Shown one piece after another: positions 26,918-36,743 of a DNA stretch of 64,000 bases (within the stretch, counting starts at the first letter, position 1; each line of letters opens with the position of its first letter). The stretch comes from Pseudomonadota bacterium (GTDB taxonomy: Bacteria > Pseudomonadota > Alphaproteobacteria > Caulobacterales > Caulobacteraceae). The notes below the pieces were generated by a model that worked only from the letters and a program-made list of their open reading frames with translations, was not told the origin of the DNA and ran no database searches. The translations under genes were made by a program, and so were the position numbers. The stretch is from positions 6,018-70,017 of the forward strand of contig JAKAZA010000001.1 in the NCBI GenBank assembly GCA_021816155.1, read 5' to 3'.

Positions 26918-28783
26918 ATGCCCGAAGACGCAGCCGCCCCTCCGCTGATCGGCGCCGCCCTGATCAAGGACGAAGTGCGCCGGCTGCCGGATGCGCCGGG
27001 CGTCTACCGCATGTTCGGCGACGGCGGAGAGGCGCTCTACGTTGGCAAGGCGCGCTCGCTGAAGAAACGGGTCAGCCAGTACGCGCAGGGGCGCTTCCAC
27101 ACCCAGCGCATCGCGCTGATGGTCGACCTGACGCGGTCCATGGAGTTCACAACCACCCGCACCGAGACCGACGCGCTGCTGCTCGAGATCAATCTGATCA
27201 AGCAGCTGAAGCCGCGTTTCAACGTGCTGTTGCGCGACGACAAGAGCTTCCCCGAGATCGTCATCCGTCGTGAGCATCCCGCCGCGCAACTGAAGAAGCA
27301 CCGCGGCGCCCACACCATCAAAGGCGACTATTTCGGCCCCTTCGCCAGCGCCTGGGCCGTGAACCGCACGCTGAACACGCTGCAGAAGGCGTTCCTGCTG
27401 CGCTCATGTTCCGACAGTGTCTACGAGACGCGCACGCGGCCCTGCATGCTGCACCAGATCCGTCGCTGCGCCGCACCCTGCACGGGGCTCATCTCGCTGG
27501 ACGACTACGGCAAGCTCGTGGACGAGGCCGAGGCGTTCCTGCGCGGCAGGAGCCGGGCGGTGATGGCGCGCATGGCGGACGAGATGCAGGGCGCCGCAGA
27601 CGACCTCGAGTTCGAGCGCGCCGCGCGGCTTCGGGACCGCATCCGCGCCCTGTCGTCGGTGGCCCAGGAGACGCAGGTCAACCCTGAAACCATCGAGGAA
27701 GCCGACGTCTTCGCGCTCCACGCCGAGGGCGGACAGGCCTGCGTGCAGGTGTTCTTCTTCCGCGCCGGCCAGAACTGGGGCAACCGGGCCTACTTCCCCA
27801 GGGTCGACAAGGCCGACGAGGACTCCGAGGTGATGGCCGCGTTCCTCGGTCAGTTCTACGAGGACAAGCCGATCCCGCGTCTGATCCTGGTCAGCGTGAC
27901 GCCCGAGGAGTGCGAGCTGATCGCCGAGGCGTTCGCGCTGAAGGCCGGCCGCAAGGTCGAGATCGCGCGGCCGCAGCGCGGCGAGAAGCGCGAACTCGTC
28001 GATCACGCCCTGGCGAACGCCCGCGAGGCGCTGGGCCGCAAGATGGCCGAGAGCTCGGCGCAGTCGCGGCTGCTGGCTGGCGTTTGCGAGACGTTCGGGC
28101 TGGAGGGCAGCCCCGAGCGCATCGAAGTGTACGACAACAGCCACATCATGGGCACGAACGCGGTCGGCGGCATGATCGTGGCCGGCCCCGACGGGTTCCA
28201 GAAGAATCAGTACCGCAAGTTCAATATTCGCAGCGCCGAACTCACCCCTGGCGACGACTACGGCATGATGCGCGAGGTGCTGCGCCGCCGATTCGCGCGC
28301 CTCGCCAAGGAGGAGGAAGCTGGCGAGAACCCCATCCGCCCGGACCTCGTCCTGATCGACGGCGGCGCCGGGCAGCTCGAAGCCGCGCTCGAGGTGATGG
28401 CCGACCTCGGCGTCGACGACATCGCCGTGGTGGGCGTCGCCAAGGGGCCCGACCGCGACGCCGGGCTCGAGCGCTTCTTCATGCCGGGCAAGGCGCCTTT
28501 CATGCTCGAGCCCAAGAGCCCGGTGCTCTACTATCTGCAGCGCCTGCGCGACGAGGCCCACCGGTTCGCCATCGGCACGCACCGCGCCCGCCGCGCGATC
28601 GACATGCGCAGGAACCCGCTCGACGAGATCGACGGCGTCGGCCCGGCCCGCAAGCGCGCCCTGCTGCACGCGTTCGGTTCGGCGCGCGGGGTGTCACGCG
28701 CCTCCGCGGAGGATCTGGCCAAGGTGGAGGGGGTCAGCGAAGCTTTGGCGCAACGTATCTTCGCCTACTTCCGGAAGGGTTGA
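26918..28783 (+). CDS. uvrC: Excinuclease ABC subunit C
   Basis: GIY-YIG N-terminus ([33 protein letters not shown]), UvrB-interacting region ([14 protein letters not shown]), C-terminal (HhH)2 ([15 protein letters not shown]). An earlier ATG at 26849 is possible. Confidence 0.9.
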   Translation: MPEDAAAPPLIGAALIKDEVRRLPDAPGVYRMFGDGGEALYVGKARSLKKRVSQYAQGRFHTQRIALMVDLTRSMEFTTTRTETDALLLEINLIKQLKPRFNVLLRDDKSFPEIVIRREHPAAQLKKHRGAHTIKGDYFGPFASAWAVNRTLNTLQKAFLLRSCSDSVYETRTRPCMLHQIRRCAAPCTGLISLDDYGKLVDEAEAFLRGRSRAVMARMADEMQGAADDLEFERAARLRDRIRALSSVAQETQVNPETIEEADVFALHAEGGQACVQVFFFRAGQNWGNRAYFPRVDKADEDSEVMAAFLGQFYEDKPIPRLILVSVTPEECELIAEAFALKAGRKVEIARPQRGEKRELVDHALANAREALGRKMAESSAQSRLLAGVCETFGLEGSPERIEVYDNSHIMGTNAVGGMIVAGPDGFQKNQYRKFNIRSAELTPGDDYGMMREVLRRRFARLAKEEEAGENPIRPDLVLIDGGAGQLEAALEVMADLGVDDIAVVGVAKGPDRDAGLERFFMPGKAPFMLEPKSPVLYYLQRLRDEAHRFAIGTHRARRAIDMRRNPLDEIDGVGPARKRALLHAFGSARGVSRASAEDLAKVEGVSEALAQRIFAYFRKG

Positions 28784-28827
28784 GCGGCGCTGGCGAGCGC
28801 CCATCCCGGTCACCTCATCGCCGCGCG

Positions 28828-29778
28828 TCATTCCGCCGCCGCCATGACGCGCCGCCAGAACTGCGCGGCGAAGTCTGCGGCGGGGGGTTGCGCCCCGAGG
28901 CGCACGACGACGAGCGCGCGCGAGGGCAGCACGCCCAGGATGCGGCCCTGGGCGCCGAGGGCCAGCACCAAGTCGGCCGGCGCGGTCGGGACCCAGGGCC
29001 CGTCGCGCCGGGCGCCTTGCGGGTCGACCGACCAGGCGCCGCCGTTCAGCCACCAGAGACGGCCGTAGGCGGGATTGGCGGCCGTGGGCGCGAGGATCGC
29101 GGCGAACTCGCGCGCCGAGATCAGCCGCGTCCCGTCCGGCGCCACGCCGCCCTCCAGCACGAGGCGCCCGAGTTTCGCGAGGTCGCGCGGGGCGGTGACA
29201 AGGCCCCAGGCGTTGCCAGACAGCTGCGCCAGCTCCGCAGGACGGGCGCGCCACACGGTGTCGGCCATGCCGAGCGGTCCGGTCAGCCACTCGCGGGTGA
29301 GCGCGTCCAGCGGCTGGCCCGCGGCGACCTCGAGCACCCGCTGCAGGCGCGCGTAGGCCGGCGTGTTGTAGAAGAAGCGAGCGCCGGGCGGCGCCTCGTA
29401 CGTCAGCTGCTCGGTGAGGCCCGAGGTCATCTCCAGGAGATGGCGCACCGCGATGGCGCGCTCCTCGCGCGGCCCGGTCCTGGTCCAGCCGGCGCCGAGG
29501 AAGTCGCCGGCCGGGCGCATAACGTCGATCAGGCCCCGGTCCACGGCCTGGCCGACGAGGATGGCGATCAGGCTCTTCTGCTGCGAGGCCACGTCCTCGG
29601 CGAGCGCGCCGTCGGCGGCCCTGCCGCGGACGAACGTCGTCGCGAACGCCTCGTCGGCGGCCGGCCAGTTGCGCTCGATCAGCGTGCGCCCCGACCGCAC
29701 CACCAGAAGGCCGGTGGTCTTCTGCGCCTTCGCGTAGGTGGTCAGATCAGTCGCGCTCTCGCCCACACCTGACGTCAT
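28828..29778 (-). CDS. Beta-lactamase-related serine hydrolase
   Basis: S-x-x-K in VASQQKSLIAILVG. Overall fold pattern of PBP/beta-lactamase-like esterases. No evident signal peptide. Confidence 0.8.
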   Translation of the reverse strand: MTSGVGESATDLTTYAKAQKTTGLLVVRSGRTLIERNWPAADEAFATTFVRGRAADGALAEDVASQQKSLIAILVGQAVDRGLIDVMRPAGDFLGAGWTRTGPREERAIAVRHLLEMTSGLTEQLTYEAPPGARFFYNTPAYARLQRVLEVAAGQPLDALTREWLTGPLGMADTVWRARPAELAQLSGNAWGLVTAPRDLAKLGRLVLEGGVAPDGTRLISAREFAAILAPTAANPAYGRLWWLNGGAWSVDPQGARRDGPWVPTAPADLVLALGAQGRILGVLPSRALVVVRLGAQPPAADFAAQFWRRVMAAAE

Positions 29779-29931
29779 CGCTCCCCTGGCTCCAAATGAT
29801 GCCTCGCCGACGCCTGCCGTACGCTATGGCCGGACTTGACGCCACGCCCGGAGGCGGAAACACCTTCCGGTCATCGATGGCGACGCGGCCTGCCCTCCGG
29901 CTGGCGCCGGCGCGCCGGGAGGTGAGGCGCT

Positions 29932-30624
29932 GTGACCAAGACCATCATGGTGATCGGCTTCGGGCCAGGCGTGTCGACGGCCGTCGCCGAGCGATTTGGC
30001 GCGGAAGGCTTCGCGGTGGCGCTGGTGGCCCGCAGCGCCGAGCGCGTCGCAGCGGGCGCCGCGGCGCTCGCCGCGAAGGGTGTCAAGGCGGCGGCCGTCG
30101 CCGCGGACGCCGGGGATCCGGCGGCCCTGCGCGCCGCGATCGCCCGGGTCCGCTCCGAACTGGGGCCGATCACGGTGCTCCACTGGAACGCATACGGCGG
30201 CGGCGACGCTGGCGACTTCATGACCGTCGATCCTGCCGCCGTCCGCGGCGTGTTCGACATCGCCATCGTCGGGCTGCTGACCGCGGTCCGGGAGTCATTG
30301 CCCGACCTGAAGGCGGCGGCGGGCGACGGCGCCGTGCTGGTCACCAACGGCGCCTTTGGCGATGACGCCCCGGCGATGGATCAGCTGGCGGTGGGGCTCA
30401 AGACGATGGGCGTCGCGCTCGCCAACGGCGCCAAGCGCAAGCTTGTCGGCCTGCTCGCGGCGCAGCTCGCGCCGGAAGGGGTGTACGTGGGCGAGGTCAC
30501 CATCGCTGGCGCGGTCGCGGGGACGACCTGGGCGCGCGAGGAGGGCATCGACGGCGCGAGGATCGCCGCCGAGTTCTGGCGCCTGTACCGCGCCCGTGGC
30601 GAGGCGCGGGCGCGGGTGAGCTAG
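29932..30624 (+). CDS. SDR-family oxidoreductase
   Basis: Rossmann N-terminus TIMVIGFGPGVSTAVAERFGAEGFAVALVAR. Length and layout fit short-chain dehydrogenases. GTG start. Confidence 0.85.
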   Translation: MTKTIMVIGFGPGVSTAVAERFGAEGFAVALVARSAERVAAGAAALAAKGVKAAAVAADAGDPAALRAAIARVRSELGPITVLHWNAYGGGDAGDFMTVDPAAVRGVFDIAIVGLLTAVRESLPDLKAAAGDGAVLVTNGAFGDDAPAMDQLAVGLKTMGVALANGAKRKLVGLLAAQLAPEGVYVGEVTIAGAVAGTTWAREEGIDGARIAAEFWRLYRARGEARARVS

Positions 30625-30720
30625 CTTCCCGGCGAACGCCGTCGTCTCGCGCCGCGAGAGCGTCGACGAGGCCGTGGGGTTCGTCGGCTTCGATGGCGGG
30701 GATGGCTGAGCGTCTGAGGC

Positions 30721-31311
30721 TCAATCGGTCGGGCGTTCGAGCGTCGGCCCGAGGTTGGCGATGACCTGGCGGGCGTCGAACGATCCGGGGGCGTCGGCAG
30801 GCTTGGCGCCGTGATGGAGGCTGATCTCCGCCGTCGCCTCGAAGCGCTGCACCGTGCGCACGTCGACACGGGACGCCCAAAACGGACCGCCCCAATAGGG
30901 ATTCCAGGTCGCCCAGCCGCCATAGGCCCGGTAGTAGCGCCAGGATGGCGTCCAGTAGGCGTATCCTGCGCCGTACCAGGGGTGGTAGAACGGGTCGGGC
31001 CTGAACACCTTGTGCACATCGCGCCGCGTGCTGCGGTCCTCGATCCTGAACCAGTCGTAGCCTTGCTGCGTCGTCAGCTCCGCCGCGCGATAGAGAAGAT
31101 AGCCTTCGACACGGTCGCGTGAGGTGAAGGCGTTGCCCTCGAAGTTGACGCGATAGCGATCCGGCGCGAGCCGGACATCAGAATAGCCGCCTGACACCGC
31201 ATGGGGCCCTATCGGCTGGTACGGAGTCGCGGCCGCGCAGGCGCCGAGCGTAAGCGACAAGCCGATGACCGCCGCAACCGCCGCCTTCCTGGCCGGATGA
31301 TCCGCTTCCAT
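30721..31311 (-). CDS. Lipoprotein resembling the Caulobacter CC0125/CC1285 family
   Basis: Lipobox IGLSLTLGAC after ATG 31311. YRVNFEGNAFTSRDRVEGYLLYRAAELT core, followed by a Trp/Tyr/Gly/Pro-rich segment. Confidence 0.7.
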   Translation of the reverse strand: MEADHPARKAAVAAVIGLSLTLGACAAATPYQPIGPHAVSGGYSDVRLAPDRYRVNFEGNAFTSRDRVEGYLLYRAAELTTQQGYDWFRIEDRSTRRDVHKVFRPDPFYHPWYGAGYAYWTPSWRYYRAYGGWATWNPYWGGPFWASRVDVRTVQRFEATAEISLHHGAKPADAPGSFDARQVIANLGPTLERPTD

Positions 31312-31641
31312 CGAAGTTCCTTTCGCCAGACCAAAGTGCGACGCCAGCATTGCGCGTCGTGGGCTCGCCGCATTGAGTTGCGTCAACGGTGGCGCTTAGG
31401 GCCGGCCATTTCGCAAAGGATGGTCTCTTTCGCGCCGGTATGTCGGGGCTTCGAGACAGGGACTTGACGGCTGCAGAGGACCTCGTGACTAGGCTGCATT
31501 GAGAAGAGATTGTCTTTGGCGGCCGATTGACTTGGCGCAAGGACCGGAGCGGCGCCCGACTCTATGCAGCAACCTGCTGGGCGCGCTGAGCCGGATTCCG
31601 AAGGCTCGCTTGCCTTTCGTCTGCAATCGAGGAGCAGGACA

Positions 31642-32106
31642 ATGCCAGGCATTGCCAGTACCGGGGCTTCGGCCCGTCGCCTCGTCGCCATGGCCGCCGC
31701 TGTGGCCACGGCTGCGAGCTTCGTTGCGCCGCTCGCAGTGGCGCAGGTCGAGCCGCCCAGGGTCGAGAAGGACGTGACGCTCGGCGCGCCCGAGATCACG
31801 GTCTTTGCGCCGGAAGTGGTTCGACGCCGAGTGGGCGTGGGCCGGTTCGGCAACCCGATCGAGGTGGTCTCGCTGACGCGCACGGTCAGCTATGCCGATC
31901 TGGATCTCGGCAAGCCCCAGGACGCCGCCGAACTGCGGCGTCGGATTCGCGCCACTGCGAACGAGGCTTGCCGGGAGCTCGATCGCCGCGCCCCGTCAAA
32001 CCTCTTGCTGGGACCCCATCCGGATGTGTGCGTCCGGGAGGCGACCACTCAGGCCCTCGTGCTCGCCGGGCGCGTCATTGCGGCGGCGCGGGCGACCCCG
32101 CGCTGA
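31642..32106 (+). CDS. UrcA-family protein
   Basis: Signal peptide, then VSYADLDLGKPQDAAELRRRIRATANEACRELD, typical of UrcA. ATG 31642 follows GAGGAGCAGG. Confidence 0.7.
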   Translation: MPGIASTGASARRLVAMAAAVATAASFVAPLAVAQVEPPRVEKDVTLGAPEITVFAPEVVRRRVGVGRFGNPIEVVSLTRTVSYADLDLGKPQDAAELRRRIRATANEACRELDRRAPSNLLLGPHPDVCVREATTQALVLAGRVIAAARATPR

Positions 32107-32130
32107 GCGGCGGCGCCGCATGAGCCCCCG

Positions 32131-32703
32131 CTATTCGGCCGGGACCGTCTGCTTCAGCGCGACGTGCTCGCCGCGCGCATTGACCGGATCGTGGGCGACG
32201 TCATCCGGCCGGAAGGCGCGCGTCAGAGCGGCCATCTCCATGTGGATGCCGTTCGGATCGCGGAAGTAGACCGAGCGGATCCACACGCCGTCGTGCATCT
32301 CCGCCGCCGCGCCGGCCGGCGAGTCGTCGTGGTTGATGACATAGGCCTTGATCCCCTTCGACCTCAGCCGCGCGACGTAGGCGTCGAACTTCTCGAGCGG
32401 GACCGAGATGGCGAGGTGGTTCATCGAGGCGTGAGCGGTCACCGAGCCCTTGCCTCGGACGTCCTCGTGCATCGACGCGATTCCCGGGGCCGCGGGCGGC
32501 GCGTCCGGAAACCAGAAGAACGCGATCAGCGCGCCGCCGCCGCAGTCGAAGAAAAAATGCTGCCCGCGTCCGTTCGCGAACTCGATCGTCTTGACCAGCG
32601 GCATCTCGAGCACGTTCTCGTAGAAATCGACCGTCTCGGCCATGTCGCGGGCGACCAGGGCGACGTGGTTCACCCCGAAATACTCGATGCGCTCCTCGGC
32701 CAT
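32131..32703 (-). CDS. VOC (glyoxalase/bleomycin-resistance/dioxygenase) family protein, paralogue 1
   Basis: VNHVALVARDMAETVDFYENVLEMPLVKT...GQHFFFDCGGG...SMNHLAISV...IRSVYFRDPNGIHMEM. Confidence 0.85.
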   Translation of the reverse strand: MAEERIEYFGVNHVALVARDMAETVDFYENVLEMPLVKTIEFANGRGQHFFFDCGGGALIAFFWFPDAPPAAPGIASMHEDVRGKGSVTAHASMNHLAISVPLEKFDAYVARLRSKGIKAYVINHDDSPAGAAAEMHDGVWIRSVYFRDPNGIHMEMAALTRAFRPDDVAHDPVNARGEHVALKQTVPAE

Positions 32704-32836
32704 GCTTTCCTCCTTCGGTGCTGTTCCGCTCCGTGTCCGGAAGGCTACGCGTGGAACGCGGCGGCGCCCAACGACGATGTCGTGCGCCGCGTCGTTTCCT
32801 CGGACTGCGCCATAAGCGGGGGAGCCGGCGCCTCAG

Positions 32837-33223
32837 CTAGGGGAGCGCCTCCGGCTCTCGCCAGGCCGTGATCTCGCGCATGCGCCTGCGGCGCGTGGCG
32901 CGGAACCAGAAGTTGCCGACGACGGCCGCGACCCCGAGACCCGAGGACAGCAAGGGCGGCGCATGGATGGCGAACGAGACCAGGCCCGGCGCGAAGGAGA
33001 AGGCGGCCACGACCAGCATCAGCCAGCGTTCCGCGTCTTTCGCGCGCCGCCAGTCGCCGAAGGCGTCGGGCCGACTGCCCAGGCCAGCGGCGATCTCGGC
33101 GCGGAACGCCTCGGCGTCCGTGCTGAGTTCCTGCGCCGGGCGGGCAGGGCGCGGCTGCGCGGGCGACGGCGGCTGCTGCGCCCGCGCTCCTCGGCGCCCG
33201 AAAATGGCGGTGGTCGTGGGCAT
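32837..33223 (-). CDS. Hypothetical membrane protein
   Basis: 128 aa from ATG 33223. Pro/Ala/Gln-rich N-terminus and two hydrophobic helices (WLMLVVAAFSFAPGLVSFAI, GLGVAAVVGNFWF). Directly downstream of the hybrid kinase. Confidence 0.45.
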   Translation of the reverse strand: MPTTTAIFGRRGARAQQPPSPAQPRPARPAQELSTDAEAFRAEIAAGLGSRPDAFGDWRRAKDAERWLMLVVAAFSFAPGLVSFAIHAPPLLSSGLGVAAVVGNFWFRATRRRRMREITAWREPEALP

Positions 33224-33266
33224 TCGCGCGCCGCGTCTGGACACCGGCGATCCTAGTCGGGCTGGG

Positions 33267-34757
33267 TTAAGCGACCGTAGCCTTGGCCGAAGCGCGTTCC
33301 AGCGCCGAAGCGACTGCGGCGGCGATCTGGGCGACATTGTAAGGCTTGCGCACCACCGGCGCGTCGAAGCCCTCGGGCGCCGGGGCGGCGTCGCCGTAGC
33401 CGGTCGCGAAGATGAACGGCTTGCCCCTGGCGCTCAGCGCCGCGGCCACCGGCGTAACCGACGCGCCGTTGAGATTGGCGTCCAGCACAGCCACGTCGAA
33501 CGACGTGTCGGCCAGCTGCAGCGCCTCGTCGACGTCGGCCGCCGTGCCCACCACCCGCGCCCCTGCCTCGGTGAGGCCGGCCTCGAGCTCCAGCGCCAAG
33601 AGCACCGCGTCCTCGACTATCAATATGCGCCGGCCCCGCACCGCCTCGGACGCGAACGCGCCGGCCGAGGCGCCTTCCTGCGGCTCCGGCTTGGTCTCCG
33701 GCGGCCGCTCCGCGGGGGCCGACGCTTCCGTCGCCGCCATGGCCGTCGCGTCCGCGGTGATCCGGGCGCGGGCGCCGTCGGGGCGGAACTCCAGCAGCGC
33801 CTCGCCGCCCAGCTCGCGTCCCGTGACTCGCTCCAGCAGCGTCACGCCGAATCCGCGATGTGTCGGCTGGCCGACCGATGGTCCGCCGCGCTCGGTCCAG
33901 GTCAGTTCGAAGCCCGCGCCTGCGCGCCTTGCCCAGGTCACCTCCACGCGACCCGTCTCGACCGAAAGCGCGCCGAACTTGACCGCGTTGGTGGCCAGCT
34001 CGTGCAGCGCCAGGGCCAGCGCGTTGGTGGCGCGCGGATTGAGCAGGATCTCTGGTCCCGACCAGCGCGCCTGGCCGGGCGCGAGGCCGCCGAGCTCGGC
34101 CGCGGCGATGTTGCCGATCTCGGCGCCGCGCCAGCGTGTGGCCATCAGAAGCGCATGGGCCGAGGCCATCGCGTCGAGCCGGCCGGCGAAGGTCTTGAGA
34201 AACGCGTCGAGCGAGGTCGTGCGGCGCGCCGATTGCGCCGCGAGCGATTGCACCGAGGCCAGGAGATTCTTCACCCGGTGGTCGAGCTCGGCGACGAGGG
34301 CGTTGCGGGCCGTTTCCTCCGCCTTGCGCCGGGAGATGTCCTCGATGATCCCCACTACCCGGCCGGGGCCGCCTGCGGCGCCCTTGATCTCGCTCGCTAC
34401 GTTGCGCAGCCAGACCAGGCGCCCGTCGTCGGGCCGCGTGAAGCGGAATTCGACGTCCAGCCGTCCCGTCTCCGCCAGCTCGACCTCATCCGCACGCTTC
34501 AGCGCGGCGAGGTCGTCGGGATGGACATGCGCGGCGAGCCGCCCACCCTCGCGAGGCAGCTCGCCGGCGGGAAGGCCGGTGATGGCGGCGAGGCGTTCGC
34601 TGACGACGAACCTGTCTTCGGCTCTGTCGAGCTCGTATTCGCCGATCCGCGCCGCGCTAAGGGCGAGGCTCGCGAGCTCGCTGCCGAGGGCCGGCTGCTC
34701 GCTTGCAATGCGCGTATTACGTGCGTCGTCCACCATACTCGCCAGCTTATGCCGCAT
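33267..34757 (-). CDS. Hybrid sensor kinase: PAS + HWE/HisKA_2 kinase + C-terminal receiver
   Basis: H-box ELDHRVKNLLASVQS, HELATNAVKFGA, W-x-E (LTWTERGGP), then receiver RILIVEDAVL...VAVLDANLNG...FIFATGYG. Start trimmed to ATG 34757 (MRHKLASMVDD). Confidence 0.85.
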   Translation of the reverse strand: MRHKLASMVDDARNTRIASEQPALGSELASLALSAARIGEYELDRAEDRFVVSERLAAITGLPAGELPREGGRLAAHVHPDDLAALKRADEVELAETGRLDVEFRFTRPDDGRLVWLRNVASEIKGAAGGPGRVVGIIEDISRRKAEETARNALVAELDHRVKNLLASVQSLAAQSARRTTSLDAFLKTFAGRLDAMASAHALLMATRWRGAEIGNIAAAELGGLAPGQARWSGPEILLNPRATNALALALHELATNAVKFGALSVETGRVEVTWARRAGAGFELTWTERGGPSVGQPTHRGFGVTLLERVTGRELGGEALLEFRPDGARARITADATAMAATEASAPAERPPETKPEPQEGASAGAFASEAVRGRRILIVEDAVLLALELEAGLTEAGARVVGTAADVDEALQLADTSFDVAVLDANLNGASVTPVAAALSARGKPFIFATGYGDAAPAPEGFDAPVVRKPYNVAQIAAAVASALERASAKATVA

Positions 34758-34884
34758 TTGAGGGCATGGCGACGAGTCAAAAACCGGGCGGCGCGAATCG
34801 CGCCTTGCCGCGTTTCCGCCTATAGTGACGACAGCAAGGCCGGCGGCCGCGGATCGCCTGGCCGGCAAGTCCGGAGACGAGCGC

Positions 34885-35250
34885 ATGCCCGACGACACCA
34901 TCGCGACCGCTGAAGCCGCGGCGTCCGACGCCGCCACGTCCACGCGTCGCGTCGGCAAGACCGCCCACGCCGCCGCGGAGAAGGGCCAGGACAGCCTGAA
35001 CGAGGCGATCGAGCTGGCTGAGCGGAATATCCGCGATGCGGCGCGCCGCATCGAAAAAGCCGTGCGCGAAGCCGTCGAGCAGATTCGCGCGCACGCCGGT
35101 CCCTATCGCGAGCAGGCCAGCCAGCAGCTCGACGAGGCCTCGAAGTACCTCGTCGAGCGTGTCAAAGAGCGGCCGGTGACGGCGACCGCCGCGGGCCTCG
35201 CGGTCGGTCTTTTGCTCGGTCTCATGCTGGCCAACCGCTCCAGCAAGTGA
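34885..35250 (+). CDS. DUF883 (ElaB/YqjD/YgaM-like) membrane-anchored stress protein
   Basis: Helical Ala/Glu/Arg-rich body and the characteristic tail ERPVTATAAGLAVGLLLGLMLANR. ATG 34885 follows GGAGA. Confidence 0.8.
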   Translation: MPDDTIATAEAAASDAATSTRRVGKTAHAAAEKGQDSLNEAIELAERNIRDAARRIEKAVREAVEQIRAHAGPYREQASQQLDEASKYLVERVKERPVTATAAGLAVGLLLGLMLANRSSK

Positions 35251-35648
35251 TCTTCCGCAGGCTGCTCTATTTCCTCGCCGGCGCCGCCGCGCTGAGCGCG
35301 AGCGCCGGCATAGTCATGGTGGCGCTCGCCTATGCGCTCTACGCGCTGGTGAGGCCGGCGCTCGGGCCGGCCGGGGCGTCGGCCGTCGTCGCGCTCGCCG
35401 CGGCCGCGATGATCGGCCTGATCGGTCTCTTTCTCGCTGGCCTCGCCAGGCTGCCGAAGCGCCGCAGGTCCGAGCCTGAGAGCCTGGCCGAACACGTCGC
35501 CGACTTTGTCCGCGCCAGGCCGATCGCTTCGATCGGCGCCGCGATCGCCGCCGGGCTCCTGGCCGTGCGCAATCCCGGCTACCTCGGGGCTGCGGTGCGC
35601 GCCTTCATGGACATCGACGAGCCGCCGCGCCGGCGCCGGCGCCGGTAG
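35247..35648 (+). CDS. YqjE-like (phage-holin-family / DUF1469-like) inner-membrane protein
   Basis: Two long hydrophobic helices and a basic tail. GTGA overlap with the DUF883 gene mirrors the enterobacterial yqjD-yqjE arrangement. Confidence 0.55.
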   Translation: MIFRRLLYFLAGAAALSASAGIVMVALAYALYALVRPALGPAGASAVVALAAAAMIGLIGLFLAGLARLPKRRRSEPESLAEHVADFVRARPIASIGAAIAAGLLAVRNPGYLGAAVRAFMDIDEPPRRRRRR

Positions 35649-35660
35649 GGCGGAAGCCGC

Positions 35661-36629
35661 CTATCTCAGCCCCAGGGCGTCAATCGCGGCCGTCCGGTCG
35701 GGCTCGAGCGGGCCGGCGGCCTCCGCGGCGAGGCATTGCGCAAGCTCGGCGCGGTTCTTGACCCCCAGCACCACGGTGTCCACGCCTTCGATGCCGAGCG
35801 CATAGCGGTGCGCGACGTAGGCCGGGTCCTCGCCCCAGCGCGCGCAGAGGTCGCGGAACGGCGCGGCGCGGTCGTAATCGAGGCGGTCGGGATGGTTCGC
35901 GGACAGTGCGCGGTCCACGGCGGCCGTGAGCGCGCCGGCCTGCACGGCGCGGATGCCCATCACGCCCACGCCGGCGCTGCGGGCGGCCGCGATCACCTCT
36001 CTTGGCCGCGCGGGGCCGCCGAAACGGTTGAGGGCGCCGGCGCTGTCCATCAGGTTGGCGATCGCCTGCACGGCCTGCGGCTTCGGGTGACGGCCGACGG
36101 CGCGGATCACGGCGGCTGGTTCGCCGATGCCGGTGACGCCCCACGCGCCGACGAGTCCTTCCGCCTTCAACGCCTCCATCGTAGGGACGACCTCGTCGAC
36201 ATAGAGCGACCAGCGCGTCGCGACCTGATCGCGCCGTTCCGGCTGGTGCGCGTAGACGAAGTCGTCGGCGCAGATGTTGGTGTGCAGAAAGAAGAGGTCG
36301 ACCCGCTCCAGCCTCATCGCCGCGAGGCTCGCCTGCAGCGAGGCGCGCAGGCGAGGCGCCGCCTCCGCCGCCGGGATCGTGCCGAGGGCGTGCTTGGTGG
36401 TGATCCTCACCCCCTGCGGCAGGCGCCCGCCGAATGTCTCGCCAATGAAGGTCTCGCAGTTGCGGTAGCCGGGCGCCGCATCCAGCACGTCGATCCCGCC
36501 GTCGAGCGCCGCGGCCAGCGTCGCCCGCGCCTCCTCGGCCGAGGTTTCTCCCCAGATCTGGCCGATGCCGCCGCCACCCAGCGTCAGCCGGCTCACCGGT
36601 CCCAGCGGCCCGAGATTGCGCTTTTCCAT
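35661..36629 (-). CDS. Aldo/keto reductase
   Basis: MEKRNLGPLGPVSRLTLGGGGIGQIWG...DAAPGYRNCETFIGE...VDLFFLH... Start trimmed to ATG 36629. The rest of the 537-aa track ORF is antisense to the VOC gene. Confidence 0.9.
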   Translation of the reverse strand: MEKRNLGPLGPVSRLTLGGGGIGQIWGETSAEEARATLAAALDGGIDVLDAAPGYRNCETFIGETFGGRLPQGVRITTKHALGTIPAAEAAPRLRASLQASLAAMRLERVDLFFLHTNICADDFVYAHQPERRDQVATRWSLYVDEVVPTMEALKAEGLVGAWGVTGIGEPAAVIRAVGRHPKPQAVQAIANLMDSAGALNRFGGPARPREVIAAARSAGVGVMGIRAVQAGALTAAVDRALSANHPDRLDYDRAAPFRDLCARWGEDPAYVAHRYALGIEGVDTVVLGVKNRAELAQCLAAEAAGPLEPDRTAAIDALGLR

Positions 36630-36743
36630 CGAGCCCCTCCTCGCCCATTTCGCGGTCGGCGCCCAGGCTGACATCGCGTCAGTCTGGCCTTTCGCAAAAG
36701 CCGGGACGATGATCGACCCAGGCGAGATACGAGAGGAAGCGCC

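Noticed and set aside
27910-29772. 620-aa + strand ORF
   Set aside because: It is out of frame with uvrC and antisense to the serine hydrolase at 28828-29778. It is Arg/Gly/Pro-rich.
34758-34884. Search for an EcfG-type GGAAC-N16/17-CGTT promoter, or a good -35/-10 pair, upstream of the DUF883 gene
   Set aside because: No GGAAC is present. TATAGT (34821-34826) has no acceptable -35 at 17 nt, and TTGCCG lies only 10 nt upstream.
32868-34913. 681-aa + strand ORF
   Set aside because: It is antisense to the hybrid HWE kinase, whose minus frame contains the H-box, the W-x-E motif and the receiver motifs.
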